Assembly: GCA_900315555.1 (NCBI GenBank)
Contig: OMZN01000018.1
Span: forward strand, 24,467 to 88,466
Direction: 5' to 3'
Source of the DNA: an uncultured Eubacteriales bacterium
GTDB lineage: Bacteria > Bacillota > Clostridia > Peptostreptococcales > Anaerovoracaceae
Length of the DNA: 64,000 bases
The translations under genes and the position numbers were made by a program. Below, piece by piece: positions 42,707 through 51,562 of the stretch (its first letter is position 1; every line of letters starts with the position of its first letter). Below the pieces are notes generated by a model, which saw nothing but the letters and a program-made list of their open reading frames with translations, was not told where the DNA came from and did no database searches.

Positions 42707-44035
42707 TCAGCCCTGTTTTTTATGCGTCTCTTTCCAATGCCGGATGAATTCCAGGCGGCTCTTGTATTTCTTTTCCACGCCCTCCTCGGTGGGGTGATAG
42801 TAAGTCTTTCCCTGCAGGCTTTCAGGAAGACAGTCCATAGCGGTCATATGCTCCTCGTAGGCGTGCGCATATTGATATCCCTTCCCATAGGATAGATCTT
42901 TCATCAGGCGTGTTGGCGCGTTGCGCAGCTGCAGGGGGACCGGCTCCGCCATGGACTGCATGGCGTCCTTCTTGGCACTCTCATACGCTGTATACAATGC
43001 GTTGGATTTGGGCGCGAGAGAAAGGTAGATCACCGCCTCGCTCAGATGTACTGTGCATTCGGGCATACCAATGAGGTGGCAGGCCTGAAAAGCCGCCACA
43101 GCAACTTCCAGTGCCCTGGGATCGGACAAGCCGACGTCTTCACTGGCAAAGCGTGTTACACGGCGGGCTATGTACATCGGGTCTTCACCGGCTTCCAGCA
43201 TCCTGGCCAGCCAGTAGACGGCTGCATCCGGATCTGAGTTGCGCATGGATTTGTGCAGTGCGGAAATCAGATTGTAGTGTTCCTCGCCGTTCTTGTCATA
43301 GAGCAGGGATTTCCTGGAGGTGATCTGCCGGATGGTATCTTCGGATACCAGCACCTTGCCGGATGCATCCTGTTCACTGTTTACTATGGCCATTTCCAGG
43401 ACAGACAGAGCCGTGCGGGCATCGCCGTTGGCAAATACGGCGATGTTGCGGAGAAAATCTTCTTTGATGGAGATCGCCTGATCACCGTAGCCGTCCCTGC
43501 TTTGGAGCGCATGGTGGAGAAGTTCCATCAGGTCATCCTCGGACAGAGGCTGCAGTACGAAGACGCGGCATCTGGAAAGCAGCGCACTGTTGATCTCAAA
43601 GGAAGGATTTTCCGTGGTGGCGCCAATGAGGATGATGCTGCCTTTTTCTACAAAGGGAAGGAAGGCATCCTGCTGTGATTTGTTGAATCGATGTATTTCA
43701 TCGACGAAGACGATGGTGCGTTCGCCGAAGCGGTGATTCTTTTCGGCCTGCTGCATGACCTGACGAATTTCACGAATACCGCTGGTGACAGCAGAAAAAT
43801 CGATGAAGCTGGCTTTGGTATGGTGGGCTATGATCCGTGCCAGTGTCGTCTTGCCGACCCCCGGCGGCCCCCAGAAGATCATAGAAGAAATCTGATCCTT
43901 TTCGATCAGACGACGAAGAACTTTTCCCTCTCCGAGAAGGTGCTTCTGCCCGACGAAACCCGAAAGATCCCGGGGACGAAGCCGGGCTGCCAGCGGCTGT
44001 TCAGTGCTCTTTTCAAACAGATTGATTTGATCCAT
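42707..44035 (-). CDS. rarA: replication-associated recombination protein A (AAA+ ATPase)
   Basis: Walker A GPPGVGKTT, Walker B VFVDEIHRFNK, and the MgsA C-terminal segment AVYWLARMLEAGEDP. Confidence 0.93.
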   Translation of the reverse strand: MDQINLFEKSTEQPLAARLRPRDLSGFVGQKHLLGEGKVLRRLIEKDQISSMIFWGPPGVGKTTLARIIAHHTKASFIDFSAVTSGIREIRQVMQQAEKNHRFGERTIVFVDEIHRFNKSQQDAFLPFVEKGSIILIGATTENPSFEINSALLSRCRVFVLQPLSEDDLMELLHHALQSRDGYGDQAISIKEDFLRNIAVFANGDARTALSVLEMAIVNSEQDASGKVLVSEDTIRQITSRKSLLYDKNGEEHYNLISALHKSMRNSDPDAAVYWLARMLEAGEDPMYIARRVTRFASEDVGLSDPRALEVAVAAFQACHLIGMPECTVHLSEAVIYLSLAPKSNALYTAYESAKKDAMQSMAEPVPLQLRNAPTRLMKDLSYGKGYQYAHAYEEHMTAMDCLPESLQGKTYYHPTEEGVEKKYKSRLEFIRHWKETHKKQG

Positions 44036-44060
44036 TGCCTGCTCCCGTGCGTACCATGTG

Positions 44061-44091
44061 AAAAACCCACGCCCTTCTTTCAGGGCGTGGG
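44061..44091 (-). terminator. intrinsic terminator after radical SAM gene
   Basis: On the minus strand: CCCACGCCC, 8-nt loop, GGGCGTGGG, then TTTTT. Confidence 0.75.
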
Positions 44092-44110
44092 TGGAAAACG
44101 ATGTCGTATG

Positions 44111-45007
44111 CTAAAACTGACAGGTCCTGACTTCACCTTCGAGAACCCGAAGGTCATAGGGCTCAAAGACTACGTTCTTGTAGGCTTCCACATCCAGCAG
44201 CGTATCATCCCAGTCGGAACGGAGCTCGCCGTTCTGTTTGAGGATGATGTCATAGAGGATGTCCCAGGTTTTGCCGTTGGTATCCGTCTCCACGATGGTG
44301 CTGTAGGGAAGTGTTTTGTGGTAGGTCAGCTCCAGCCCCTGATAGTTAAAATGATAACCGCAACGCATTCTGCAGCCGTCCAGTCCGGTATAGTCTGCAA
44401 TCTGGCTTAGGTCGTGCAGGATCCGGTCGGTCGCCTTGTCATACAGGTTGTCCGGCGTCGTCACTGTGTAGTCGAACCGGAACTGGACAGGGATACCGTA
44501 TTTGGTCCAGCGGGCCAGATAGGCAGGAATCTGTTCCTTGGGATAGGTTCTGTACAGAACACAGTTGACTCTCGTCGGCACGGCCAGCCGGGGAAGAAGA
44601 TCATCAGGTGATTCCTCGACATACTTCACCAGATGACGTGAAACGTTAATGCAGGAAATGGTATCCTTGTTGCGTTCCGTGAAATCGATGATATCCTGTT
44701 CAGTCTGCCCCGGAAAGACCGGCAGGGTGGTATTGATAAAAACTCTATGCCCGGACGGAATTTCGTCCAGCATGCGCTGGAGTGCGGCGCGGTCGGCGAA
44801 AGGCTCGCCACCGGTGAAGACGAAATCACAGGCAGGCGTAATAGAGTGCATCAGACGGATCGAATCGATGATCTTATCGGTGCTGAAACCCTCACAATTG
44901 CTATATTCTTCTTTGTTAATGCAGAACGGGCAGTGATTACCGCAGTCGTAGGGGGCAAAAACTGTTACGGTTGCACCGCCGCATCTTGTTTTATATGGAT
45001 GCTTCAT
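44111..45007 (-). CDS. radical SAM protein of unknown function
   Basis: CGNHCPFC (Cx3Cx2C) at residues 22-29 and the TGGEPF SAM-binding motif. The roughly 130-aa C-terminal region is unassigned. Confidence 0.75.
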   Translation of the reverse strand: MKHPYKTRCGGATVTVFAPYDCGNHCPFCINKEEYSNCEGFSTDKIIDSIRLMHSITPACDFVFTGGEPFADRAALQRMLDEIPSGHRVFINTTLPVFPGQTEQDIIDFTERNKDTISCINVSRHLVKYVEESPDDLLPRLAVPTRVNCVLYRTYPKEQIPAYLARWTKYGIPVQFRFDYTVTTPDNLYDKATDRILHDLSQIADYTGLDGCRMRCGYHFNYQGLELTYHKTLPYSTIVETDTNGKTWDILYDIILKQNGELRSDWDDTLLDVEAYKNVVFEPYDLRVLEGEVRTCQF

Positions 45008-45041
45008 TGATAAACCCTCACAAGCATTTCAATCTGGAATG

Positions 45042-45070
45042 ATTATACAATATTTTTTTTTGATTGACAA
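45042..45070 (-). promoter_or_regulatory. strong promoter of the radical SAM gene
   Basis: On the minus strand: TTGTCA, 17-nt A-rich spacer, TATAAT. It lies 35 nt upstream of the ATG, and a GAGGG RBS follows. Confidence 0.7.
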
Positions 45071-45180
45071 CCGTGTGCAGGCGGGCTGAGGGGATGTTTT
45101 CCGCTGGTTTTTCGGTGCGCCTGGCCGCCTGGATCAGAGCGGAAAGAATTTGAACATAGGCAGTGGATGCATGCAGCTCA

Positions 45181-45214
45181 AAGAAAAGACGCGTTCCCAT
45201 GAAAGGAACGCGTC
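45181..45214 (-). terminator. intrinsic terminator after the 138-aa membrane protein gene
   Basis: 10-bp stem GACGCGTTCC / GGAACGCGTC with TTTTCTT on the minus strand. Confidence 0.7.
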
Positions 45215-45240
45215 ATATAGCCGGTCAGATGCTCTGACGG

Positions 45241-45657
45241 CTAATCCTGCTTCTGTTCGGGTGTTTCGACCGCCTTATCAGCTTTTTCCTCAGCCTCTGC
45301 TTCCTCACTGGAGGAATCCTTGGACGAAGCAGCTTTGTCCGGTTTGCCTTTGCCTGCTTTGGACTTGCCTGCAGCCGGCGTATCCTTGGTTCCGAAAGCC
45401 TTGACTGCCTCCAGACGGGCAATGATTCTGCCTGCCGTAAAGAAGATGAGTGCGTAGACAAACCAGCTTCCGCTGTTGCTCAGAACGTACTGCACGGCAT
45501 CTTTCCAGCCTGAAGACATGGACATGCCGTAGCTGCTGTAGTAGCTGCTGATATAGGTAATGGCGCTGATGATCAAGAAGATGCCGACGGCCAGCGTGAC
45601 GATGGCGGCAATATACATGATCCATTCGAACCGACAAATCTTTCTCTTTTCCTGCAC
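45241..45657 (-). CDS. membrane protein with Lys/Glu/Ser-rich disordered C-terminal tail, hypothetical
   Basis: Two predicted TM helices followed by a low-complexity tail (AGKSKAGKGKPDKAASSKDSSSEEAEAEEK). Confidence 0.5.
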   Translation of the reverse strand: MQEKRKICRFEWIMYIAAIVTLAVGIFLIISAITYISSYYSSYGMSMSSGWKDAVQYVLSNSGSWFVYALIFFTAGRIIARLEAVKAFGTKDTPAAGKSKAGKGKPDKAASSKDSSSEEAEAEEKADKAVETPEQKQD

Positions 45658-45881
45658 TGTAATGATCCTTTCTTCTTGTTTGCTGCATCAATAACTTTAT
45701 TCATCATGTTAGCATATTTTAGGGAGAAAACCTTAAAGAATCCCAAAAAGAACAAAAATCTTCTATGCCGTGCTATAATTGCAATAATTTCAAAGGAGGA
45801 GGTCCGCGCTCTTTGTATAAACCTGCGATCAGGCATCGGCAGGAGCGGCAGGTGAACCGTAGGAAGGAGTGGAAGCATCGC

Positions 45882-46694
45882 ATGAAGATCGAGAAGGTGA
45901 AGGCCGTATATTTTACCGGCACAGGAACAACGAAGCAGCTGGTTTGTGCGCTTGCCGGCTGTCTGCAGGATGATTTTGAGGAGATCGATATCTCGCTTCC
46001 TGCGGCAAGGCGGCAGCCTTTGTCTTTCAGCGCTGCCGATCTGGTGATCTTCGGTCTGCCGGTGTATGCGGGCAGGGTGCCCAATGTGCTTCTGCCGTTT
46101 CTTAGGAAGATCGAAGGCGATGATGCGCTGGCGGTACCGGTGGTTCTGTATGGGAACCGGGCTTTTGATGATGCACTGATCGAACTGCGGGATCTGCTGG
46201 AGCAGCAGGGGATGCATACTGTGGCTGCCGGTGCTTTTGTCGGGCAGCATGCTTTTTCCCGCAGCCTGGCAAAGGGACGGCCGGATGCAGAGGACCTGGC
46301 AGAGGCGGAGCGGCTGGCACAAGGCGTCAGAGAAAAGCTGGACGGCATGGCCTGTCCGCCGGACGCGCCGCTTGAAGTTGACGGCACACCTTATCCCTAC
46401 AGCGGGTATTACGTACCTCGGGGAAGGGATGGTGAAGCGATGGATATTCGCAAGGTGCACCCGGCAACCAAGGACCAATGCATTCATTGCGGCAGATGCA
46501 TCCGTGTCTGCAGGATGGGATCCATCGACCCTTCCGACCCCGCAAAGAGCACGGGCATATGCATCAAGTGCGGTGCCTGTATCAAAGCGTGCCCTGTGGG
46601 CGCCAAGTATTTTTCCGATGTCCGCTATCTCTTTCACATCCATGATCTGGAGCAGCGCTATGCCCGCCGGGGTGAAAATAAAATCTTTCTGTGA
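45882..46694 (+). CDS. flavodoxin-like / 4Fe-4S dicluster domain protein (EFR1-type ferredoxin)
   Basis: N-terminal VYFTGTGTTK flavodoxin-like fold and C-terminal CIHCGRCIRVC and CIKCGACIKACP. The start was chosen at MKIEKVK. Confidence 0.65.
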   Translation: MKIEKVKAVYFTGTGTTKQLVCALAGCLQDDFEEIDISLPAARRQPLSFSAADLVIFGLPVYAGRVPNVLLPFLRKIEGDDALAVPVVLYGNRAFDDALIELRDLLEQQGMHTVAAGAFVGQHAFSRSLAKGRPDAEDLAEAERLAQGVREKLDGMACPPDAPLEVDGTPYPYSGYYVPRGRDGEAMDIRKVHPATKDQCIHCGRCIRVCRMGSIDPSDPAKSTGICIKCGACIKACPVGAKYFSDVRYLFHIHDLEQRYARRGENKIFL

Positions 46695-46807
46695 GAGAAA
46701 GGATGATGCGGCCAATGATTAGACAACTTCAAAAGGGGTAAAGTTTTATTGACTGTCAACAGGAAAGCAGCGGGCAGGAAAACAGGTAAAACCAGAAGGG
46801 ATAGAGA

Positions 46808-48121
46808 ATGCTGCATATTGAAGATGAGTATATCAGGGAGCATCTGCTGCAGGGAAAGTTCGGGCTGGAGCAGGAATCTCTGCGTATCACAAGGGACGGC
46901 CATTTTGCGCATACGCCGCATCCCTTTGCGGGGGAGACCCATATTGACAGGGACTTTTCGGAAAATCAGGTGGAGATCAACACTTCGCCGGCCGAAAGTG
47001 CCGAGGCGGCCATGCACGAACTGGGCGCGTACCGCCGCCATGTGCTTCGAGTCCTTGCTGAACTGGAAGAGCCGGAACTTTTGTGGCCGTTTTCCAACCC
47101 CCCTTATATCCGCAATGAGCGTGACATCCATATCGCGCAATTCGGAGAAGAAGAAAAGAGCAGGGAGGCTTACCGGGAATATCTTTCGGATCGATATGGA
47201 CGCTACAAGATGACCTATTCGGGAATCCACGTTAACTATTCCTTCGATGAGGCGCTGCTGAAGCGGGATTTTTCGCTGTATGGCACGGGAAGCTATCGTG
47301 ATTACAAGGATCGATTCTATCTGGATCTGGCGCAGAGGGCGATAACGTACGGGTGGCTCCTGGTGGCTGTCACAGCGGCCAGTCCGCTGATGGATGCCAC
47401 TTTTGTGGAAAAGGGCGGAGAGGATAAGGATCTTTTCTGCGGGATTGCTTCGGTGCGGACCAGCGAAATGGGGTATTGGAATTATTTTACACCGGTGTTC
47501 GACTACACGGATATCGAAAGCTATGCGGATGGAATTCAGCGCTACATTACCGAAGGGTATTTGATCGCCCCTTCCGAGCTCTACTATCCGATCCGGCTGA
47601 AACCGCCCGGCAAAAATGATCTGCGCACATTGAAGGAGAAGGGTGTCGATCATATCGAACTGCGGATGTATGACTTGAATCCTCTGGCAGAGGACGGACT
47701 CGATCTGCGGGATGTGCAGTTTGGACAGCTTTTTCTTGTCTGGCTGGCCTGTGGGCATCAGGCTCCTCTTGCGCCGGTGGATCAGGTCAATGCAGCGCAG
47801 AACATCAAGAATGCGGCGCACTATGATTTAAAGACGGTTAAAATCGTATATCCGGATGGCCGGGTGGAAAATGTCATTCGCGCCGGTCTGTATGTTATGG
47901 AGCAGATGACGGCGTTTTACCGGGGATGGCCGGACTGGGTGCAGGATGTTCTGGCATTCGAGACCGCTAAATTTCATGACCTGGGAAACCGCTACGCCCA
48001 GAAGGTGGCTGCCCGCTACGGCGGCGGTTATGTCAGGAAGGGACTGCAGCTGGCTGAGGCGCTGCAGCAGAGAGCCTTGCAGAGGGAGGATACGCAGCAA
48101 TGTGCCAGCTTTTCGCGGTGA
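46808..48121 (+). CDS. gshA: glutamate--cysteine ligase family protein
   Basis: FGLEQESLRIT, HPF, DFSENQVEINTSP and YSGIHVNYS resemble the GshA/GshF N-domain. Confidence 0.7.
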   Translation: MLHIEDEYIREHLLQGKFGLEQESLRITRDGHFAHTPHPFAGETHIDRDFSENQVEINTSPAESAEAAMHELGAYRRHVLRVLAELEEPELLWPFSNPPYIRNERDIHIAQFGEEEKSREAYREYLSDRYGRYKMTYSGIHVNYSFDEALLKRDFSLYGTGSYRDYKDRFYLDLAQRAITYGWLLVAVTAASPLMDATFVEKGGEDKDLFCGIASVRTSEMGYWNYFTPVFDYTDIESYADGIQRYITEGYLIAPSELYYPIRLKPPGKNDLRTLKEKGVDHIELRMYDLNPLAEDGLDLRDVQFGQLFLVWLACGHQAPLAPVDQVNAAQNIKNAAHYDLKTVKIVYPDGRVENVIRAGLYVMEQMTAFYRGWPDWVQDVLAFETAKFHDLGNRYAQKVAARYGGGYVRKGLQLAEALQQRALQREDTQQCASFSR

Positions 48122-48873
48122 ATACCGCAGACAATATCATAGTCAATGACTACTTGAAAACATTTTTTTCTCACAGTGATATTCACAAGAACGGATGGGG
48201 TATGGCTGCCCTGGAGGGAGAAAGCTTTTCCCTGGAAAAGGAGCCTGTCCGCGCACTGGATAGTGCGTACCTGGCGGAACGGCTGCGCGAGTCGATCGAA
48301 GTGCGCTGCCTGATGGCGCATATCCGCTGGGCCACCATTGGTGCAGTGAGTTATTCCAATACGCACCCCTTTGTGGGACGGGATGTATCCGGCCGGCAGT
48401 GGATTCTGATGCACAACGGCACGATCTTTTCCTTTGCCCCCTGCAACGACTATGTGCACAGACAGAAGGGAACGACGGACAGCGAGCGGATCCTGCTGTA
48501 TATCATCGATGTGATCAATGAAGAGATCCGGCGGCGCGGGCGGGATCTCTCGGGCGCAGAGCGCTGCCAAATTATCGAGCGTGTGGCCGGCAGCCTGACG
48601 TTCGGCAACAAGCTGAACTTTCTTCTCTATGACGGTGAGCTCCTCTATGTGCATTCTAACGAGGAAAATACCTTGCTGCGCAAGACGCTGCCCGGCGGCG
48701 TGATGATCTCCACTGAAGCGCTCGATGACGATCACTGGGAGCAGTTCCCGCTGTCCACGCTTTTTGTCTACACCATGGGAAGAGAGGTCTATCGCGGTGA
48801 GGATTACGGATTTGCCTATGTCTTCGACAAGAAAAAGATGGATCAGATCTACATGGCGTATGCCGGACTGTAG
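48100..48873 (+). CDS. class II (Ntn) glutamine amidotransferase, YafJ/EgtC-like
   Basis: N-terminal MCQLF (Cys nucleophile after Met removal), HIRWAT, HPF and LMHNG. GGGAGG lies 10 nt upstream. The gene overlaps the preceding gene by 22 nt. Confidence 0.7.
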   Translation: MCQLFAVNTADNIIVNDYLKTFFSHSDIHKNGWGMAALEGESFSLEKEPVRALDSAYLAERLRESIEVRCLMAHIRWATIGAVSYSNTHPFVGRDVSGRQWILMHNGTIFSFAPCNDYVHRQKGTTDSERILLYIIDVINEEIRRRGRDLSGAERCQIIERVAGSLTFGNKLNFLLYDGELLYVHSNEENTLLRKTLPGGVMISTEALDDDHWEQFPLSTLFVYTMGREVYRGEDYGFAYVFDKKKMDQIYMAYAGL

Positions 48874-48903
48874 CGGAAAGACCTGCTTCAGGCGCTTTCC
48901 TGC

Positions 48904-48951
48904 TGTGCAGTTACTGTGCATTTATTGTGCAGCAATGTGCGCAATAGTGCA
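48904..48951. repeat. five helically phased TGTGCA-type repeats
   Basis: TGTGCA at 48904, 48915 and 48926; TGTGCG at 48936; AGTGCA at 48946. Spacings are 11, 11, 10 and 10 nt. Confidence 0.85.
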
Positions 48952-48998
48952 GATTAGAGCCGAAAAAACCGTACTAAGCAAGCATGCAAAAACCAAAA

Positions 48999-49041
48999 AG
49001 AACGCTGGAATTTCAATGTATAGTTCAAATTCCAGCGTTCT
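48999..49041. terminator. bidirectional terminator between amidotransferase gene and ychF
   Basis: 15-bp stem AGAACGCTGGAATTT / AAATTCCAGCGTTCT, with TTTTT on the minus side and TTTG on the plus side. Confidence 0.75.
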
Positions 49042-49056
49042 TTGAAAACTCATACC

Positions 49057-50148
49057 TCATACATTAAACAGGAAGTGGCAGATGTCACCGTCCTGCACGA
49101 TGTAGTCCTTGCCTTCGGAGCGCAGCAGGCCGCGCTCTTTGGCGATGGACAGTTTGCCGTCACATGCCATCAGGGCGTCGTAGGAGATGGTCTCGGCGCG
49201 GATAAAGCCCCGTTCGAAGTCCGTGTGAATTTTTCCGGCTGCTTGCGGCGCTTTGGTGCCGCGGCGGATGGTCCATGCTCTGGTTTCGTCTTCACCGGTG
49301 GTGATGAAGGAAATCAGATCCAAAAGGGCATAGCTGGCGGTGATCAGTTTGTCCAGGCCGGCCTGTTCGATGCCCAAATCGGCCAGGAAAGCTGCTTTTT
49401 CATCGTCCTCGAGCTCGGCGAGCTCTTCTTCCAGCTTGGCGCAGACAACGATAACCTGCGCATGTTCTTCGGCAGCAAAGGTGCGTACAGCAGTTACGTA
49501 ATCGTTATCTTCGGATGCCGCTTCGTCTTCTGCAACGTTGGCTGCATAGATGACCGGCTTGTAGGAGAGCAGCTGCAGGCTGCTGATATAGGCGGCCTCA
49601 TCCTCATCGAGCTCCATGGCACGGGCGGAATGGCCTTCCGCCAGCCAGGCGGCTGTCTTCTCCAGCAAATCGATTTCCTTTTGCAGGGATTTGTCACCTT
49701 TGCGCATTTTTTTCGCTTTGGCAAGCCGGCGATCCACGACTTCCATGTCGGAGAGAATCAATTCGGTGTTGATGGTGTTGATATCGGCGAGAGGGTCGAT
49801 GCGCCCGTCTACATGGACCACATTGTCGTCGTCGAAGCAGCGTACCACATGAACGATGGCCTCAACTTCCCGGATATGCCCCAAAAACTTATTGCCCAGG
49901 CCTTCTCCCTGGCTGGCGCCTTTGACAAGACCGGCGATGTCGCAGAATTCAATGGTCGTGTAGATGGTCTTTTTTGAATGGTAGACGCGGCTGAGCGTGC
50001 TCACCCGTTCATCAGGCACGGTTACGACGCCCACATTGGGTTCGATCGTGCAGAAGGGGTAGTTGGCCGCTTCCGCACCGGCCTTGGTGATAGCATTGAA
50101 CAGTGTGCTTTTGCCCACATTGGGCAGTCCTACAATACCTAATTTCAT
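49057..50148 (-). CDS. ychF: redox-regulated ATPase YchF
   Basis: [19 protein letters not shown] and a C-terminal TGS-like segment [24 protein letters not shown] before the ATG at 50148. Confidence 0.95.
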   Translation of the reverse strand: MKLGIVGLPNVGKSTLFNAITKAGAEAANYPFCTIEPNVGVVTVPDERVSTLSRVYHSKKTIYTTIEFCDIAGLVKGASQGEGLGNKFLGHIREVEAIVHVVRCFDDDNVVHVDGRIDPLADINTINTELILSDMEVVDRRLAKAKKMRKGDKSLQKEIDLLEKTAAWLAEGHSARAMELDEDEAAYISSLQLLSYKPVIYAANVAEDEAASEDNDYVTAVRTFAAEEHAQVIVVCAKLEEELAELEDDEKAAFLADLGIEQAGLDKLITASYALLDLISFITTGEDETRAWTIRRGTKAPQAAGKIHTDFERGFIRAETISYDALMACDGKLSIAKERGLLRSEGKDYIVQDGDICHFLFNV

Positions 50149-50377
50149 TTTATCTCCTTCGTTCCCGTATAGCAGGGGGTTCATGCTGCTTTCTGGATGC
50201 ATCCGGACATCTTCCGGAATCTCTTCCGCCGTTGCGCTGCATAGCGCAGGATCCGGGATTCAATTCTTTAAGTTGCTGAGGCTGCTGCCTGCATCATCAG
50301 CTTTTTTCGCCTTCGAAAAGAGCCTTGTGCCTTGGTAAGGGTACCATACAAAGGTCCTTTTTTCAATATCTCCAGAT

Positions 50378-51142
50378 CTATGGCTCGGTATGCTGCCGCT
50401 TGCTGCGCTGCAGATGCAGGAAGGCGGCAAGAGAGACGGCAAAGATGATGATGCTGATGACTTGTGCCTGCTTGAAGGGGCCGATCATCAGACTGTCGGT
50501 GCGCAGTGCTTCCACAAAGAAACGCTCGACAGAGTAGAGCATACCGTAAAGGCAGGCGATCTCACCGGTAAATTTGCGCCGCCGATCCAGCCAGCTTAGC
50601 AGGAAGAAGAGAAACAGGCACCATACTGACTCATAAAGGAAGGTGGGGTGTACACGCACTCCGTTGACCATGATGCCCCAGGGCAGGTCGGTGGGACCGC
50701 CGTGCGCTTCTCCGTTGAAGAAATTTCCCCATCGTCCGATAGCCTGGGCCAGTGCGACGGCTGGCAGGGTTAAGTCGAGTGCATTGAGAAAGCCGATCCG
50801 TTTGTGCCGGCACATCAGCCAGCCGGCGAGAAGACCGAAGAGGAGCCCGCCGTGAATGGCCAGACCGCCTTCACGGATGTTGAGGATGCGAAGAGGATCG
50901 CCAGCGTACCAGGGCCAGTGGAACAGGACATAGTAGAGACGTGCTCCCACGATGCCGCAGAGAATGGCGGCCAGCAGGACATCCAGCAGATCAGAAAAAG
51001 GAATATGATGACGGGGCGCGCGTCTTGATACTATGAAAATCCCAAGAAGGATGCCACAGGCGATTAAGATGCCGTACCAGCGCACCCGCAGACCGAAAAT
51101 GGTGAATGCAATCGGGTTCAAAAAATCTTCCTCCCTTGCCAT
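50378..51142 (-). CDS. lgt: prolipoprotein diacylglyceryl transferase
   Basis: RWYGILIACG, GARLYYV, GGLAIHGG, GRWGNFFNGEAHG and HPTFLYES. Confidence 0.93.
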   Translation of the reverse strand: MAREEDFLNPIAFTIFGLRVRWYGILIACGILLGIFIVSRRAPRHHIPFSDLLDVLLAAILCGIVGARLYYVLFHWPWYAGDPLRILNIREGGLAIHGGLLFGLLAGWLMCRHKRIGFLNALDLTLPAVALAQAIGRWGNFFNGEAHGGPTDLPWGIMVNGVRVHPTFLYESVWCLFLFFLLSWLDRRRKFTGEIACLYGMLYSVERFFVEALRTDSLMIGPFKQAQVISIIIFAVSLAAFLHLQRSKRQHTEP

Positions 51143-51431
51143 GGTTTGCAGAAAATCATCCGTTCAAAATCAAAGCCGGCCGGCGTCCCGGCATGGACGC
51201 TCGCATCGAGCTATGGCCATTATACTCGTCTGCCCGATAGCGGGCAAGTTCCTCAGCGGCCGGCGGCAGGACGGTTGGCTGCAGCGGGATGACGGCGGGC
51301 AGGCCGTCCCGTACCTTCTGAAAGACAGTGAACAAGGCGTGCAGAAGGCGGACTGGGAAATAGTAGTCGATAGGAAGCAATGCAACAAGATGTTGCGCTT
51401 TGAATTATCAGAATTTTTAATTATGGAAAAA

Positions 51432-51510
51432 AGTGGAGAACATGGGGCTCAATTTCCCAAAAAATAATTCGATTTCATTGAATTAGGGAGGGAAGTGGTG
51501 TAAAGTGGAG
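51432..51510 (+). promoter_or_regulatory. candidate MraZ operator repeats (AAGTGG boxes)
   Basis: AAAAGTGGAG at 51428-51437, GAAGTGGTG at 51492-51500 and AAAGTGGAG at 51502-51510. The last two are exactly 10 nt apart and lie 53-70 nt upstream of the mraZ start. Confidence 0.45.
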
Positions 51511-51562
51511 TAAATAAATTAAATTAGAAGTAGTAGATGGCTTATCGCTGGAGGTTCATCCT

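Noticed and set aside
51033-51467. 144-aa plus-strand ORF bridging the lgt start and the lgt-mraZ spacer.
   Set aside because: It overlaps the lgt 5' end antisense and has no RBS or motif. It ends in the AT-rich promoter region of mraZ.
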